Source of the DNA: the human T2T-CHM13v2.0 reference genome, Homo sapiens | NCBI RefSeq assembly: GCF_009914755.1 | Contig: NC_060939.1 | DNA: 64,000 nucleotides | Direction: 5' to 3' (one strand) | Shown here: one piece after another, positions 1 to 23,160 of the stretch | Position numbering within the stretch: the stretch's first letter is position 1 | Layout of the letters: each line of letters starts with the position of its first letter | Notes under the pieces: model-generated | Told to the model about the DNA's origin: nothing | The model's database searches: none | Seen by the model: only the letters and a program-made list of their open reading frames with translations | Translations under genes and position numbers: made by a program

Positions 1-222
1 TATCAAATCTATTGATATTCTTTTTTTAAAAAAAGCTTTGGCTTTGTTGATTTTTCTCAATTTTATGTCAGCTATTTCATCAATTATTGTTTTCATTTTT
101 ATTAATTTCCCTCTATTTTCTGTTCTTTTTCTAACTTCTTGAGATGGTAACTTAGAAATTAATTTTTGATTTTTTTTCTTTTCTGATATAGGCATGTAAA
201 GTCAACTTTCTTCTAATCATTG

Positions 223-1155
<933 letters not shown>

Positions 1156-1810
1156 CACTGCTTTAGCTACACCACATAAATTTTGATGAGTCGCATTTTC
1201 ATTTTCATTATCTTGAGTACTGGTTTATTTAGAAAAGCTTTGTTTTATTTCCAGACATTTTCAGATCTTCTAGTCATGTTTCTATTAGTTGGTTTTCAGG
1301 CTAATTCCACCATGGTCTGAGAACATATCCTATGTGATTTCAATACTTTTGAAGCTTGTTCAGGCTTGTTTTATGCATAGCATATAGCCTATTTTGACAA
1401 ACATTTTATATGTGCTTGAAAAGAACTGTATTTTACAGTGGTTAGGTGTAGTGTCATATCGATATATCAAGTAGGTCAAATTGGTTAATCATTTTGTTCA
1501 AATATTCTATATAATTTCTAATTTTCGTTATCTAATTATCCTCTTGCATCTAACACACCAGAGATAGGTATAACACTGATTAAGATTTTGTCTGTTTTTC
1601 CTTTACTTCTACTAATGTTTGCTTATATTACTTGATACTAGGTTACTATGGACATAAAAATTTAGGATTGTTGTGTTTTCCTGTTGAATTGATCCCTCGA
1701 TCTTTATAAAATGCCATCCTTTATCTCTAGTACACTTCTGGCCTTAAAGTTTACTTTGTCTGATATTAATATAACCACAAACTTTCTTTAGGTTGCTGTT
1801 TGCATGATAA

Positions 1811-2259
<449 letters not shown>

Positions 2260-2399
2260 TAATTACTTATGTAATTGACTTTAAGTTTGCCATTTTGTTT
2301 CTGTTTTTAAATTATTTCTCTCATCTGTTCTTTTTCCTTTCCTAATTTTCTTGGGGTTAATTATATTTTTATTTGATGTTTCTTTCTTTATTCGTTGTT

Positions 2400-10544
<8,145 letters not shown>

Positions 10545-10649
10545 TAGTGTTTGTATGGCATATGACTTTCTACCCTTTTATTTTGAACTATTTTTGTTTT
10601 ATCATTTAAAGTAAGTTTCTTGTAGAGAGGATGTAGTCAAGTCTCTTTT

Positions 10650-11590
<941 letters not shown>

Positions 11591-11776
11591 GATTTGACTT
11601 AAAAAAATGTATAACATACTCTTTTATTTAGTTGTGTTTACATCATTTACATTAAATGAAATTATTGATATTGTCAGATTTAAATCTATCATCTTGCTAG
11701 TTGTCTGCTATTTATGTAATTTGTCCTTTATTCTCTTTCTGTCTTTTTCTGTCTGCTCTTGAATTGGTGGGGGTTC

Positions 11777-12106
11777 TTTATTTATTTATTTATTTTTTTT
11801 TTTTGTTGTTGTTGTTGTTGTTGTTGAGACAGAGTCTCACTCTGTCACCCAAACTGGAGGCTGGAGTGCAGTGGTGCTATCTCAACTCAGTGCAACCTCC
11901 GCCTCCCGAGTTCAAGCAATTCTTCTGCTGCAGCCTCCTGAGTAACTGGGACTACAGGCATGTGCCACCACACCCGGCTAATTTTTGCATTTTTAAGTAG
12001 GCATGGGGTTTCACCATACTGGCCAGGCTGGTCTTGAACTCCTGACCTTGTGATCTGCCTGCCTTGGCCTCCAAAAGTACTGGGATTGCAGTACCACACC
12101 CGGCCG
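11777..12106 (-). mobile_element. AluS (Sg-like) with (TTG)n/(TTTA)n tail
   Basis: gagacagagtctc...gaccttgtgatc...cacacccggcc. Tail has become a microsatellite. Confidence 0.9.
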
Positions 12107-13389
12107 AATTGTGTATTTTTTTTAACTCAATATTATCTCTACTATTGGTTTACTTATACTTCTTTTTAACTTTTTAGTGGTTGACATAGAATTTATAATG
12201 CATGTCTCAATTAATCACAGTTTACCTTCAAATAACATTATGTCACTCACATGTAATGTTAGAACTTTACAACAGTACACTCCAATTCCTCCCTCCAATC
12301 TGTTGTTCTATCATTTTCTTATATTTCACCTTTACACATGTTGTAAACCCAAAGTAGTCTTTCTATTATTTGCTTTAAATAGTTGGCTATCTTTTAGAGC
12401 AATTAAAATAAGGAAAAAAAGTCTTTTATCTTTGTCATTTCTTTGTGTAGATTTAAATTTCTGTCTAGCTCTGATTCTTTCTGAAGAAATTTCTGTAATA
12501 CTTCTGTTTATTTTTGTCTGAAAGTCTTTATTTCTTCTTTATGTATGAAAGATAGTTCTGCAACATATAAAATTCTGGTTTGACAATTTTTTCAGCACTT
12601 TAAATATTTCTTTCCATTCTTTTCTAGCTTGCATAATTCCTGATGAATAGTCTACTCTAATTCTTATATTTGTTGCTCTATATGTAAAATGTCTTTTTAC
12701 GTCTGGTTGTCTCTAAGATTATCCCTTTATCGTTCACTTTTAGCACTTTGAATATAATGTATCCAGGTGGTTTTATTTTTGTTGCTCTTATTTATCCTGC
12801 TTATGGTTCTCTGACCTTCTCGTATCTGTGGCTTCATGTCTTACATTATTTTGGAAAAATGTTAACCATCTTCAACCAATGTTAACTCTCCAAGTATTTA
12901 TTTGGTTTCTTTCTTTTCTCTGTCATTTCCACCCCCAACCACACCCCCAACCCTATGTAGGATTACCATTCTACATAGGGTAGACCGTTTGATATGATAC
13001 CACAGCTCTTGGGTGCTCTGAGCCGTTTTTATTTACCCACCTTTTTTCTTTTTGTCCTTCAATTTGGATAATTTCTATTGACCTACATTCAATTTCACTG
13101 ACTTTCCTTGATGTTTTGAGTGCATTGAAAGTAATCTTTATCTGTGTTACCATGTTTTATTTCTAGTATTTCCATTAATTTCTTATAATTTCCATTTCTC
13201 TGCTGAAATGCTGTCTTTTTGTGCATGTTGTTAATTTTTTCCCACTAGAACCATATTAATTGTAGTTATTTTAAGTTACTTGTCAGATAATTGTAATGTC
13301 TACATTATCTCTTGAATCTTGTTCTTTTGGTTGCATTGTTTTTTGACAGTGAGTTCATTTTTTCTTGCTTTTATATGTCTCTTTCTCTC

Positions 13390-13497
13390 TTTTTTAATGA
13401 AATGCTTCATGAATTTGTCTGTCATCCTTGCACAGGAGCCATGCTAATCTTCTCTGTATCATTCCAATTTTAGTGTATGTACTGCCAAAGTGAGCAC
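13390..13497 (-). pseudogene. RNU6: U6 snRNA retropseudogene (near full length, short A tail)
   Basis: Reverse complement reads gtgctcactttggcagtacatacactaaaattggaatgatacagagaagattagcatggctcctgtgcaaggatgacagacaaattcatgaagcatttcatt+aaaaaa. This is U6 with CpG decay, embedded in L1M, with no evident PSE/TATA promoter. Confidence 0.95.
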
Positions 13498-15007
13498 TTT
13501 CCTAATGTTCTGTTAATTGCTAGAGAGTGTGTAGAACAGTAAGATTCAGGTAAGTAGTATTTATGCCTGAAAATGGGCAGGCATGTTTTTTTTTTTCTCC
13601 TACCATTATTGTGTATGTGGGAGAAGGTTGTGTCAAACTTGTCAGGAGTGGAGCTGGTTTTATGTTTTGCTGTTGCTGGGTTTGTCTTCAGTGTACCACT
13701 GGCTTCATTCCTCTGCTATTACTTTAACTTTAGGGTGAGAATTAGTTTGCTGGATAGTTTTTCTTGAAGTTCCTAATCCCACCCTCAGGTTTTAGCCTTC
13801 CCTGTGTTCCTGAGTTTCAGAATAGGTCACTCTCCAAGGTATCTTACTTGCCAACAGCAAACTGTTGGTGTTTGATTTTCCTGCTGATGAGGCCAGGGGA
13901 ATTCCCTGTTGTCTTAGTTTAGCCTCATTCTTCAGTAGATCCTATGTCCCTATGTCTAAGGGTGGTGCTTTCTTAATCCTTTCACTCCAGTACTAGCAAA
14001 AAATTTCTAATGGTCTAGATCCAGAATGGTTTTGTGGCTCCTCCCCCAACGGTTGGAAGTTTTTTCATCCCCAGCTTCCAGCTCACTTGTGGCCTAGGGA
14101 TGACATGGTTTGCTATCCACCCCTCCAAACCCCATACCCCAGCTGGTTAGGTCTTTTGTTCTTAGTGGACAAAGGACCAAGCATAGCATGATCTCTTTCC
14201 CACAACTTGGTTACTACCATTTTCTAAGGCTCATCTTCATTGGATGCTTCTTCTGGTCTCTTGCTCTCTCCCAAATCTTTCTAACGAACACCTCATGAGC
14301 CCTAGGGAGAAGAGCCTATGAATGGGTGCAAATTCGTGTCATGTACATGGCTCCAAAGGATTTTATACTCTTATTTTAGCTCACATCAGCCTTTAGCAAT
14401 TTGTTTAAAATTTTTGGCTGAATTAATCTTATATACTTTTTAGTGGCCCCATCTTCCTGGTTCTGCCTAGGTGAGCCAGCCTCTTGCCCTTTGTGCTATT
14501 ATTGTTATATATTTTGTTTGTCTATATTTTTTTAACCCACACGACTTTATTGTCGTTATTTTTTTAAATGCTCAACATTCCCTTATATTACCAATAGATT
14601 TAACTTTTCTGAACTGTACTTTTTCTAAATTCCTTCATGTACTACTGTGCTTCCATTCATTCTTGTTTAGCTTTAAAAAAAATTGTATCTTTTTTTCTTA
14701 TAGTGTAGTTCTGCTTGCAATAAATTGCCTTCATTTTTCAAAGAGGTTCTAACTGAGTATAGAACTCTATACTCAGTTTTATAGTTGGCAGTTATATTTT
14801 CCTTTAGCACTTTACATATGCCATTCTATTGCCTTTGGCTTCCAAAAATTCTGTAGAAAAGTCAGTCTTATGTCCTGTTGCTTCTTTGAAGGCAACATGT
14901 TTCTTTTGTCTGTTTTTACAATTTTCTCTTTTCATTAGTTTTCAGCTATTTGACTTTAATATTCTTGGGTGTGGTCTCCTTTGTATTTTTCTTGGACTTC
15001 TCTAAAC

Positions 15008-16546
15008 TTTTTTTTTAATTTTAGTTTTTTATTTTATTTTACTTTAAGTTCTGGGATACATGTGCTGAATGTGCAGGTTTGTTACATAGGTATACATGGG
15101 CCATGGTGGTTTGCTGCACCTATCCACCCATCATCTAGGTTTTAAACCCTGCATGTATTAGGTATTTGTCCTAGTGCTCTCCCTCCTCTTGCCCCCCACA
15201 CCCTGACAGGCCCTGGTGTGTGATGTTCCCCTCCCTGTGTCCATGTGTTCTCATTGTCAACTCCCACTTATGAGTGAGAACATGCAGTGTTTGGTTTTCT
15301 GTTCCCGTGTTAGTTTGCTGAGGATGATGGTTTCCAGCTTCATCCATGTCCCTGCAAAGGACATGAACCCATTCTTTTTTATGGTTGAATAGTATTCCAT
15401 GGTGAATATGTGCCACATTTTCTTTATCTAGTCTATCATTGATGGGCATTTGGGTTGGTCCAAGTCTTTGCTATTGTAAAAGGTGCTGCAGTAAACAGAC
15501 GTGTGCATGTGTCTTTATAGTAGAATGGTTTATAATCCTTTGAGTATATACCCAATAATGGGATTGCTGGGTCAAATGGTATTTCTGGTTCTAGATCCTT
15601 GAGGAATCACCACACTGTCTTCCACAGTGGTTGAACTAATTTACACTCCTACCAACAGTGTAAAAGCGTTCCTATTTCTCCGCATCCTTGCCAGCATCTG
15701 TTGCTTCCTGATAGCCGTTCTAACTGGTGTGAGATGGTATTTCATTGTGGTTTTGATTTGCATTTCTCTAATGATCAGTGATGATGAGCCTTTTTTCATG
15801 TTTGTTGGCTGCATAAATGTCTTCTTTTGAGAATTGTCTGCTCATATCCTTCGCCCAGTTTTTGATGGGGTTGTTTGTTTTTTTTTCTTGTAAATTTGTT
15901 TAAGATCGTTGTAGATTCTGGATATTAGACCTTTGTCAGATGGATAGATTGCAACAATTTTCTCCCATTCTGTAGGTTGCCTGTTCAGTCTGATGATAGT
16001 TTTTTTGTTTTTGCTATGTAGAAGCTCTTCAGTTTAATTAGATCCCATTTGTCAATTTTGGCCTCTGTTGCAATTGCTTTTGGTATTTTAGTCATGAAGT
16101 CTTTGTCCGTGCCTATGTCCTGAATGGTATTGCCTAGGTTTTCTTCCAGGGTTTTTATGGTTTTAGGTTTTACGTTTAAGCCTTTAATCCATCTTGAGTT
16201 AATTTTTGTTTAAGGTTTAAGGAAGGGGTCCAGTTTCTGTTTTCTGTGTATGGCTAGCCAGTTTTCCCAGCACCATTTATTAAGTAGGAAATCCTTTCCC
16301 CATTGGTTGTTTTTATCAGGTTTGTTGAAGATCAGATGGTTGTAGATGTGTGGTGTTATTTCTGAGGCCTCTGTTTTGTTCCGTTGGTCTATAGATCTGT
16401 TTTGGTACCAGTACTATGCTGTTTTGGTTACTGTAGCCTTACAGTTTGAAGTCAGGTAGCATGTTGCCTCCAGCTTTGTTCTTCTTGCCCAGGATTGTCT
16501 TGGCTATATGGGCTTTTTTGGTTCCATATGAAATTCAAAGTAGTTG
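15008..16546 (-). mobile_element. 5'-truncated L1PA8-like element
   Basis: 3' UTR catctaggttttaaaccctgcatgtattaggtatttgtcctagtgctctcc fits L1PA8. ORF2 C-terminal sequence runs to aaattcaaagtagtt. Confidence 0.9.
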
Positions 16547-16919
16547 TTTTTTTTCTATGTATTCATTTCATTAGAGAATTAGGTATACCTCACATTACAT
16601 GGCCAAGGCCAAAAAATTTTGCACAGTTAGAATGTGTTGAAGAAACCAGCCACAATTTAACCAGATTAGATTTCAACAAGGAGATGACTGTATTCCTCCA
16701 AATAACCTTCATTTAGGAAGATGACATTCCTCCAATTTGTGGAAAGACAATAAATGCCCTTTCTGCTCTCTGCCACTGAGGAAGAAATTCTCCCGTTTGA
16801 GGGACCAACACTATTTCGTTTTTTTTTTCTCTTTTCCCTTTTTCTTTCTTTGGTTTCCCCTTTCCACGAAGCTTCTTTAGTCGTTTTTGCTCATCCTTAA
16901 AATCCTGATGCTCATCTCT
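16547..16919 (-). pseudogene. MRPS33: 5'-truncated retrocopy of mitochondrial ribosomal protein S33 (C-terminal CDS + 3' UTR + A8)
   Basis: Minus strand from 16919 translates [30 protein letters not shown], matching the recalled MRPS33 C-terminus [38 protein letters not shown] at 16811-16813, then ~255 nt of presumed UTR and an A-run at 16547-16554. Confidence 0.88.
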
Positions 16920-18718
16920 TTTATAGATTCTGGTACTGCATTAAAATTTTCAATATTTTTATTCAACCTATTCTTTCCTATATGTTCTTTACAATATTTA
17001 TTATTGTCATTTTAATCTCCTTGTATGATAAACATTAATATCTATAGCATTTGTGGGTCTCCTTCTATTCTCTATTTTTAAACCTGATTATTGCACATAT
17101 TATCCTTTCTCCTTGTATGTCTTGTAATGCCATATATAGTGTATGAAAGTATCATAGAGAAGGAGATGATGTATATTCCACCAGCAAGTGTTTCATCTTT
17201 TCTCTGCAAGGCAGATAATGTGAAAGGCTGATTCCCTCAATCCAAAAAAGATTAGGTTAGTTGCGGGTTGCCGTTTTAGTAAATTACAGTGCACCACTGG
17301 AGTGTCTTTGGGCCCATCATCCCATTTTGACTGAGTCCGCCATATTTTGTCTCCCCAGCCTGGGTACTGTGAGAGATTCATTTCTTTCCTTGGGAAATTT
17401 TGAGATTAGCTTTTTAGCCTCTGCTTTCTAGAAAATGTCTTTATGGGGATATGGGTAGTATTTTTGAAGCAGTTCTTCCTTGTGGGACTTTCTCTCTTAA
17501 ACACTATATTTATTCTGCCTTTTAGAAGCTTATTGCTGAACTTTTCCACTTTCCCCACAGGCCCAAAACTCAGTAAATATCTCATGAGGAAAGTTTCTCA
17601 TAGGTTTTGGGTTCCTCAAAAATTCAGTCTGTCATGACAACCTCAGCTACCAAGAGATCCACGTTTTTTTTTTTTCCTCACCCACTCAGTCCGTCCCTCT
17701 ATCTGCATCAAGTTCAGTCCTTAATCCAAGCTTAGAATTAGCAAATTTCCTGGGGGTAAGAAAATTGATTCTAGCAAAATCTTATTAAAAAGGGGTCTTC
17801 CTCCTCTGGAATATTATCTAGTCCTTGCTTCTACATTACTCTAATGTCTTTAAAAATATGATTTTTGTCATTTATTTATTTTTCCTCTAATTGCGTATTT
17901 GGAACATTGGTTTGATATGACATTTTAAATTTACTCACAACATACATACATATATATATTTTTAACTTTAACGGGAAAAAAGCATGCATGTACTTGCCAG
18001 TGACAAGGATTTTAAAAATGCTTTACTTGGTGTTTGCATACAGAAATGTACCTCATGAATTTATAGTTTTCTCATGTTTTAAAGTATTTGAAACCACCAA
18101 CCTTTATACTTTGTTGAGAAGAGCTAGGGAAGTGAATGACATATAGGAGGCTTTGGCCATAAAAGTGAACTGTGTTAAACAGGAGACCTGTTAAGGAATA
18201 ATTTTTAAAAATTAAGACTTATCTCTTGTCTGGATACTATAGTGAATATGTGTCAAAGATTTCTTAACTCATTATCAAGGGAATCAACAAGATGGTAAAG
18301 CTGGTTCAAACAAGAATTTGAGGAACCTAAGGTATATAGTTATCTAGTCAAAGGAAAGCTAAAATGAGTTTGCTAATAGATAGTGTTTAATGTCCTACAG
18401 GGGAAGAAAACCACAACCACTGGCATTACCTTTACTTCCATAGAGAAATCTAAAAGTTAACACCTAATTTTATGGAATTTAAGCCCTAATTAAGAGTAAA
18501 GAGTAAGTCAAGCAAAAATAAAATCCTCTAAATAATTCAGTAATTCTTGGAAAGGGCCGTTGCACAATAATTTAGAGTGACATTAAAAAGGTATGTATTC
18601 ATATTTTTGCCTTACTCCAAAGTACAGACAAATTTTCTTAGCATAATTTACTAAAGTGAAGCAAACTACCCAGAAATATTGTTTGCGTTCACAAAATTTT
18701 AAAAATGTGGCATGTCTA

Positions 18719-19087
18719 CATATAGTCTCCCAACTTACAATGCTTTGACTTACAAGTTTTCAACTGTACAATGGTTTGAAAGAAATATGCATTCAGTAGA
18801 AATGGGTATGATGTTCTTGCAATATTGGACAGCTTGCAATAAGCTGTAGCTCCCAGTCAGCTGTGTATTCATAAGGGCAAACAACTGATATTCTACAGTG
18901 TACTGTATTGCCAGATGATTTTGCCCAAACATAGGATAATGTAAGTGTTATAAGCCATTTAAGGCAGGCAATGCTAAGCTATGATGTTCAGTAAGTTAAT
19001 TGTATTAAATGCATTTTAACTTATGGCATTTTTAACTTGTGTTGGGTTTATCTGTATATAACCCTATCATAAGTTGAGGAACATCTA
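18719..19087 (-). mobile_element. Tigger4b-like (TcMar-Tigger) DNA transposon
   Basis: Imperfect terminal inverted repeats (catatagtctcccaacttacaatg ... cataagttgaggaacatcta), TA flanks, internal gatgattttgcccaa and aatgcattttaacttat motifs. Confidence 0.8.
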
Positions 19088-20146
19088 TATAAATATTGAG
19101 AGAAGACTTAGAGACTCTCCACCCACCCCACCCCCAGCCATGATCGCTGATGACAGCTTAAACTGCTGTGTGACAAGAGCCTTTGGTCTAGGGAAATGAA
19201 GGATATTACTGATTTTAGTGTTAAACCTTCACATTGTGTAAGCCTTGAAAAATATGTACATTATGCAAGAATGACCTTAGGAGAGGGATAACCTTCCTTG
19301 TATCTTCTGAACATTCTACCCGAAGGCAAAGATTGGAGGTATAATGATAGATATAACTTCTCTGCATAAGGAATAAATTATATGAGCCAAGTTAAATAAT
19401 GTATAAATGTGGTTGCTACAAATGAAGTCAAGATTATGCCTATTCTAACAATTTCCAATAAGTTTATAGGGAGATGAAACTTCATCCATAAGAAAAAAGG
19501 AAAAGAACGTAACTGTAATAATGTTTTTAATCTCACAGAATTGACTATACTGAAGAAAGTTATCTGAAGAGGTATATAACAGAATCATTGAAGCTGGGAA
19601 TGATTCCCACATCTGTCAGTCCTTGGCTAAATCATTTAAATTCTCAAGCCAGATTTTATGCCTAAGACTGAGTATTAATTAGAAAAATCAATGTTATTGC
19701 AAAGCCAGATGAATAACTTACGCCTAGCATAGATCTGCTAAAGTAATTTCAACCATGTGCTGGGGTATCAGTAAATGACTTAAACCAGAAGCCAAAGCAA
19801 AGTTGACATTCATAGCTTCAGAGGGATTTAATGAATTTAAGATTCTTTTTTTGAATTAAGAGGTGCTACAGGATTTTTTTTTCACTAATGGGTAAGAAAG
19901 GCATTGTCTGTGATAGAAATCTTGTATTGAAGAGGTTAAATGACATCTGAATTACTTGCATATTGTCTTCAGCATTAGCAAAATTGCTGGTAGTTTTGAA
20001 TATAAGGGTTCCTATATGTTTGAGGTGCTTTAAAATATATTTGTGTTGCAGAACGGTGAGGGGAAAAGTAGAACCCCTTTAAAGTTAAATGAAAAGAAAA
20101 TTCCTTCAAAGATACTGGTTAACAGAGGTTAGTATATAGTTTAAGT

Positions 20147-20489
20147 CAGGGGTCCCTAACCCCCAGGCTGCAGACGGGTACTGATCATGGTCTGTTAGGA
20201 ACTGGGCTGCACAGCAGGAGGGGAGCAGCAAGCTAGCATTACTGCCAGAGCTCTGCCTCCTGTCTGATCAGCCATGATATTAGATTCTCAAAGGAGCCCG
20301 AACCCTTCTGTGAACCGCCCATGCGAGGGATCTAGGTTGTGCGCTCCTTATGAATCTAATTTTTGATGATCTGAGGTGGAAAAATTTCATCCTAAAACCA
20401 TCCCTCACCCCCCGCCCCACTCTTAAGTCCGTGGAAAAATTATCTTCCATGGCAATGGTCCCTGGTGCCAAAAAGTTTGGGGACCACTG
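20147..20489 (+). mobile_element. MER1B-like (hAT-Charlie) DNA transposon
   Basis: caggggtccctaac...tttggggaccactg termini. 8-bp TSD gtttaagt (20139-20146) / gtttaagc (20490-20497). Confidence 0.9.
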
Positions 20490-21904
20490 GTTTAAGCCCT
20501 CAGATAGTCAAAATAATTGAAAAATATAAGAAATCTACATTATCTACCCCATGAAGTAATTTTGTAATATTTTTGCACCTTATAAACAGTCTTTGACCTA
20601 GGAATTGGTAATGAGAATTGTTATAGGTGACTGCTTTCAGTCAGTTCTCATGGTTATTATTATGCTTTATAGCTCTACCCAAATACAGTGTCCATTCCGA
20701 AGATCTGCAGTTTAAGGCACTTGATTCATCCAGGGATGATTAGATTATATTGGTTGATGCTAATCAAATTCACAAGATACTGTTTTCATGAACCAGAACA
20801 TCAACTTCTTCATTTATAACTTTCTCATTTCTACCCTGAGCGGAGAATACCTACCCCTTAAATGTTGATGTTCTATCATTCTAAATGCTTCTTTCAAATA
20901 AAAAAAAGATTTTAGTAATCCTTCTTATTTAACATAGGTGAAAAACTTCTAAACAAAATGTGAGAAAAAGAAAGCAACAATATGTATTTTTAATCCACCA
21001 GAACAGAAGGGATTTTATTCTAGGAATGTAATCAAGATTCAATAATAGGAAATATTTTTCTATTTGTAGAAAATTATTTGTATTTCTTAATATAAATAAA
21101 TCACTTAAAACGTCACAATCATCTCAACAGATGCCAAAAGGACATTTAATAAAATCAAAGTCATTCCTAATATATTCTCTGCAAGAATAGAAGTAAACAG
21201 TCACCTTCTTAACATGGTAAAGCGTACTTGTTTCAAACCCCCAGTAGATAGCATATTTTAAAGTAAAACCCAAAAGGCATATTCATCAAAAGTAGACATA
21301 ATGCTAGGGTGTCCACCGTTACCATTATTACTTAATATTGCATAGGAAGTTCTGGTCAATGCAATAAAGGTGAACCAGAAATAAACTCTTATTATTTGCA
21401 AATTATATTCTTAGATATCAAGAAATCTCATTAGAATCCCCAAAACCCATTAGAATTACTGTGACTTTTATTAAAACACTAAGTCCAGGAAAAATGTATA
21501 TAGAAAGGTTTGTGGGAAAAAATATCCTAAGCTATTAATAATACCTGAAGGGTGGTTTAGAGTTAGATAGTTGAAAGGGAGAAAAGTGGGATTGAAGTAG
21601 ATGTGGAAAATTCCTTAGCAAAGACCTAGGGGCTAGAGGAAGCATTTCCTTGATATTGCAAAGTGAGGGAAATTCAATATGCCTGTTAATTTGTATAAGA
21701 GTTGATACAATTCCAGACAAAACTTTGGTGGGATATTTTGGAACTGCACTAGTTATTTTAAAGTTTATTCTGGATAAAGAAACTGCTACTGTTGTGAAAA
21801 GTGAGGTAAAAAATAAATTTGAGGACTGAATGTATAATATGATCCAATTTGTGAAAATAGAGGGGGAGAATAAACATATATGTTTTTATTTATAGTGTGT
21901 ACAT

Positions 21905-21909
21905 TGTGT

Positions 21910-21946
<37 letters not shown>
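21905..21946. repeat. (GT)n microsatellite
   Basis: About 18-20 GT units. Confidence 0.95.
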
Positions 21947-21948
<2 letters not shown>

Positions 21949-23024
21949 ATATACACATACATAACATTTCTGGAAAAATACAACAAAATGTTAACAGTGG
22001 TCCCCAATGAGCAGAATTGACAGTTTGAAGGGACACAGGGGAAGCTGTTTTCTTTTTGCTTTATATCCTTTATATTATTTGCATTACTTCTATGACCATG
22101 TTATCATGTTGTAATTTGTTTTAGTTTCTTTATGTTGGTGGTTTAAAACGCATGCAATCAATGAATGATCCTCACTAAAAATATTTCTAGAAGGAAAGCA
22201 ATAAAATAATATCTTATCAGATGGTATTCAAAAATATCTACTAGATATTAAAGCATATTATAACTGTGCAGTTACAAATACCTTTTATACCTTTTGGTGC
22301 AAGATAGTCCTGAAATAAATTTGAATATAATATGAATCCAATGTACATAAAAGATATTTAATCAATGGAAAAGGACAGAGTTATTCAATAAATTATGTTG
22401 GAGCAATTGTTTAGCAATTTGGGGAAAAAAATCCTGTAGATTCTCACTTCACGTCTAGCATCAAAATAAATTCCAGATGGTTTGAGTTAAATATCTAAAA
22501 ACAAATCAAAACATAGGAAAAATAAATGTTAGTATTTATCAAGTTTTTAGAAGACAGCCAAAAAGTAATGAAAAAAATAAATATTTAACTGTGTGAATAT
22601 TTAAAACTGTATTTACCCCCCCTTCAAAAAACCATAGTTAAAATTAAGAGACAAACATAAACCTGGAAGAAAAAAAAATCACAATTAATTTGGTAACGCT
22701 GATATAAATTTGTTGAAACACTAAGACTTAAATTGATATACAAAGGGATGAATTCACAGAAAAGAAAATATGTCTCCAGCAAATATGGGAAATGTCTAAC
22801 CTCATAGTAATCAGAAAACTGCAAATTAAGGCAACTTCTATTTTTCACCTATGAATTAAACAGATTTTTAACAATCGATAGTGCAATGTCTAATATTATT
22901 AATGAGACTTCATTCATTGCTGGTGGAAATGTAAGTCAATACAAATCTTTTAGAAGACATTTTAGCAATGTGTCAAGTGCCCTAAAAATGTTTATGTCTT
23001 TTGACCTAGTAATTACACTTCTCC

Positions 23025-23160
23025 TTTTTTTTCTTTTTCTAAAGAGAGTCAGGGTCTTGCTATGTGGCCTGGCTGGCATTCAAACTACTGACCTCAAGTG
23101 ATCCTCCTGCTTCAGCCTTCCACAGTGCTAGGATTACAGGCGTGAGCCACAATGCCCAGC
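23025..23160 (-). mobile_element. FLAM_C / Alu left-arm monomer
   Basis: Poly(T), cagggtcttgctatg...ggattacaggcgtgagccacaatgcccagc. Monomer only. Confidence 0.8.

Larger units (their letters stand above)
11600..14460 (-). mobile_element. Old L1M ORF1 and 5' region
   Basis: Degenerate antisense ORF1 motifs (ttcagcactttaaatat, tttctattgacctac). Boundaries approximate. Confidence 0.6.

Noticed and set aside
14986-15000. tttcttggact resembling upstream MRPS33 codons (possible twin-priming inversion)
   Set aside because: It is only ~11 nt, on the wrong (poly(A)) side of the insertion, and explained by the host L1M sequence.
20052-20055. 4-nt microexon ttgtgttgcag|AACG|gtgagg
   Set aside because: The splice sites look plausible, but such motifs arise by chance and cannot be supported without RNA data.
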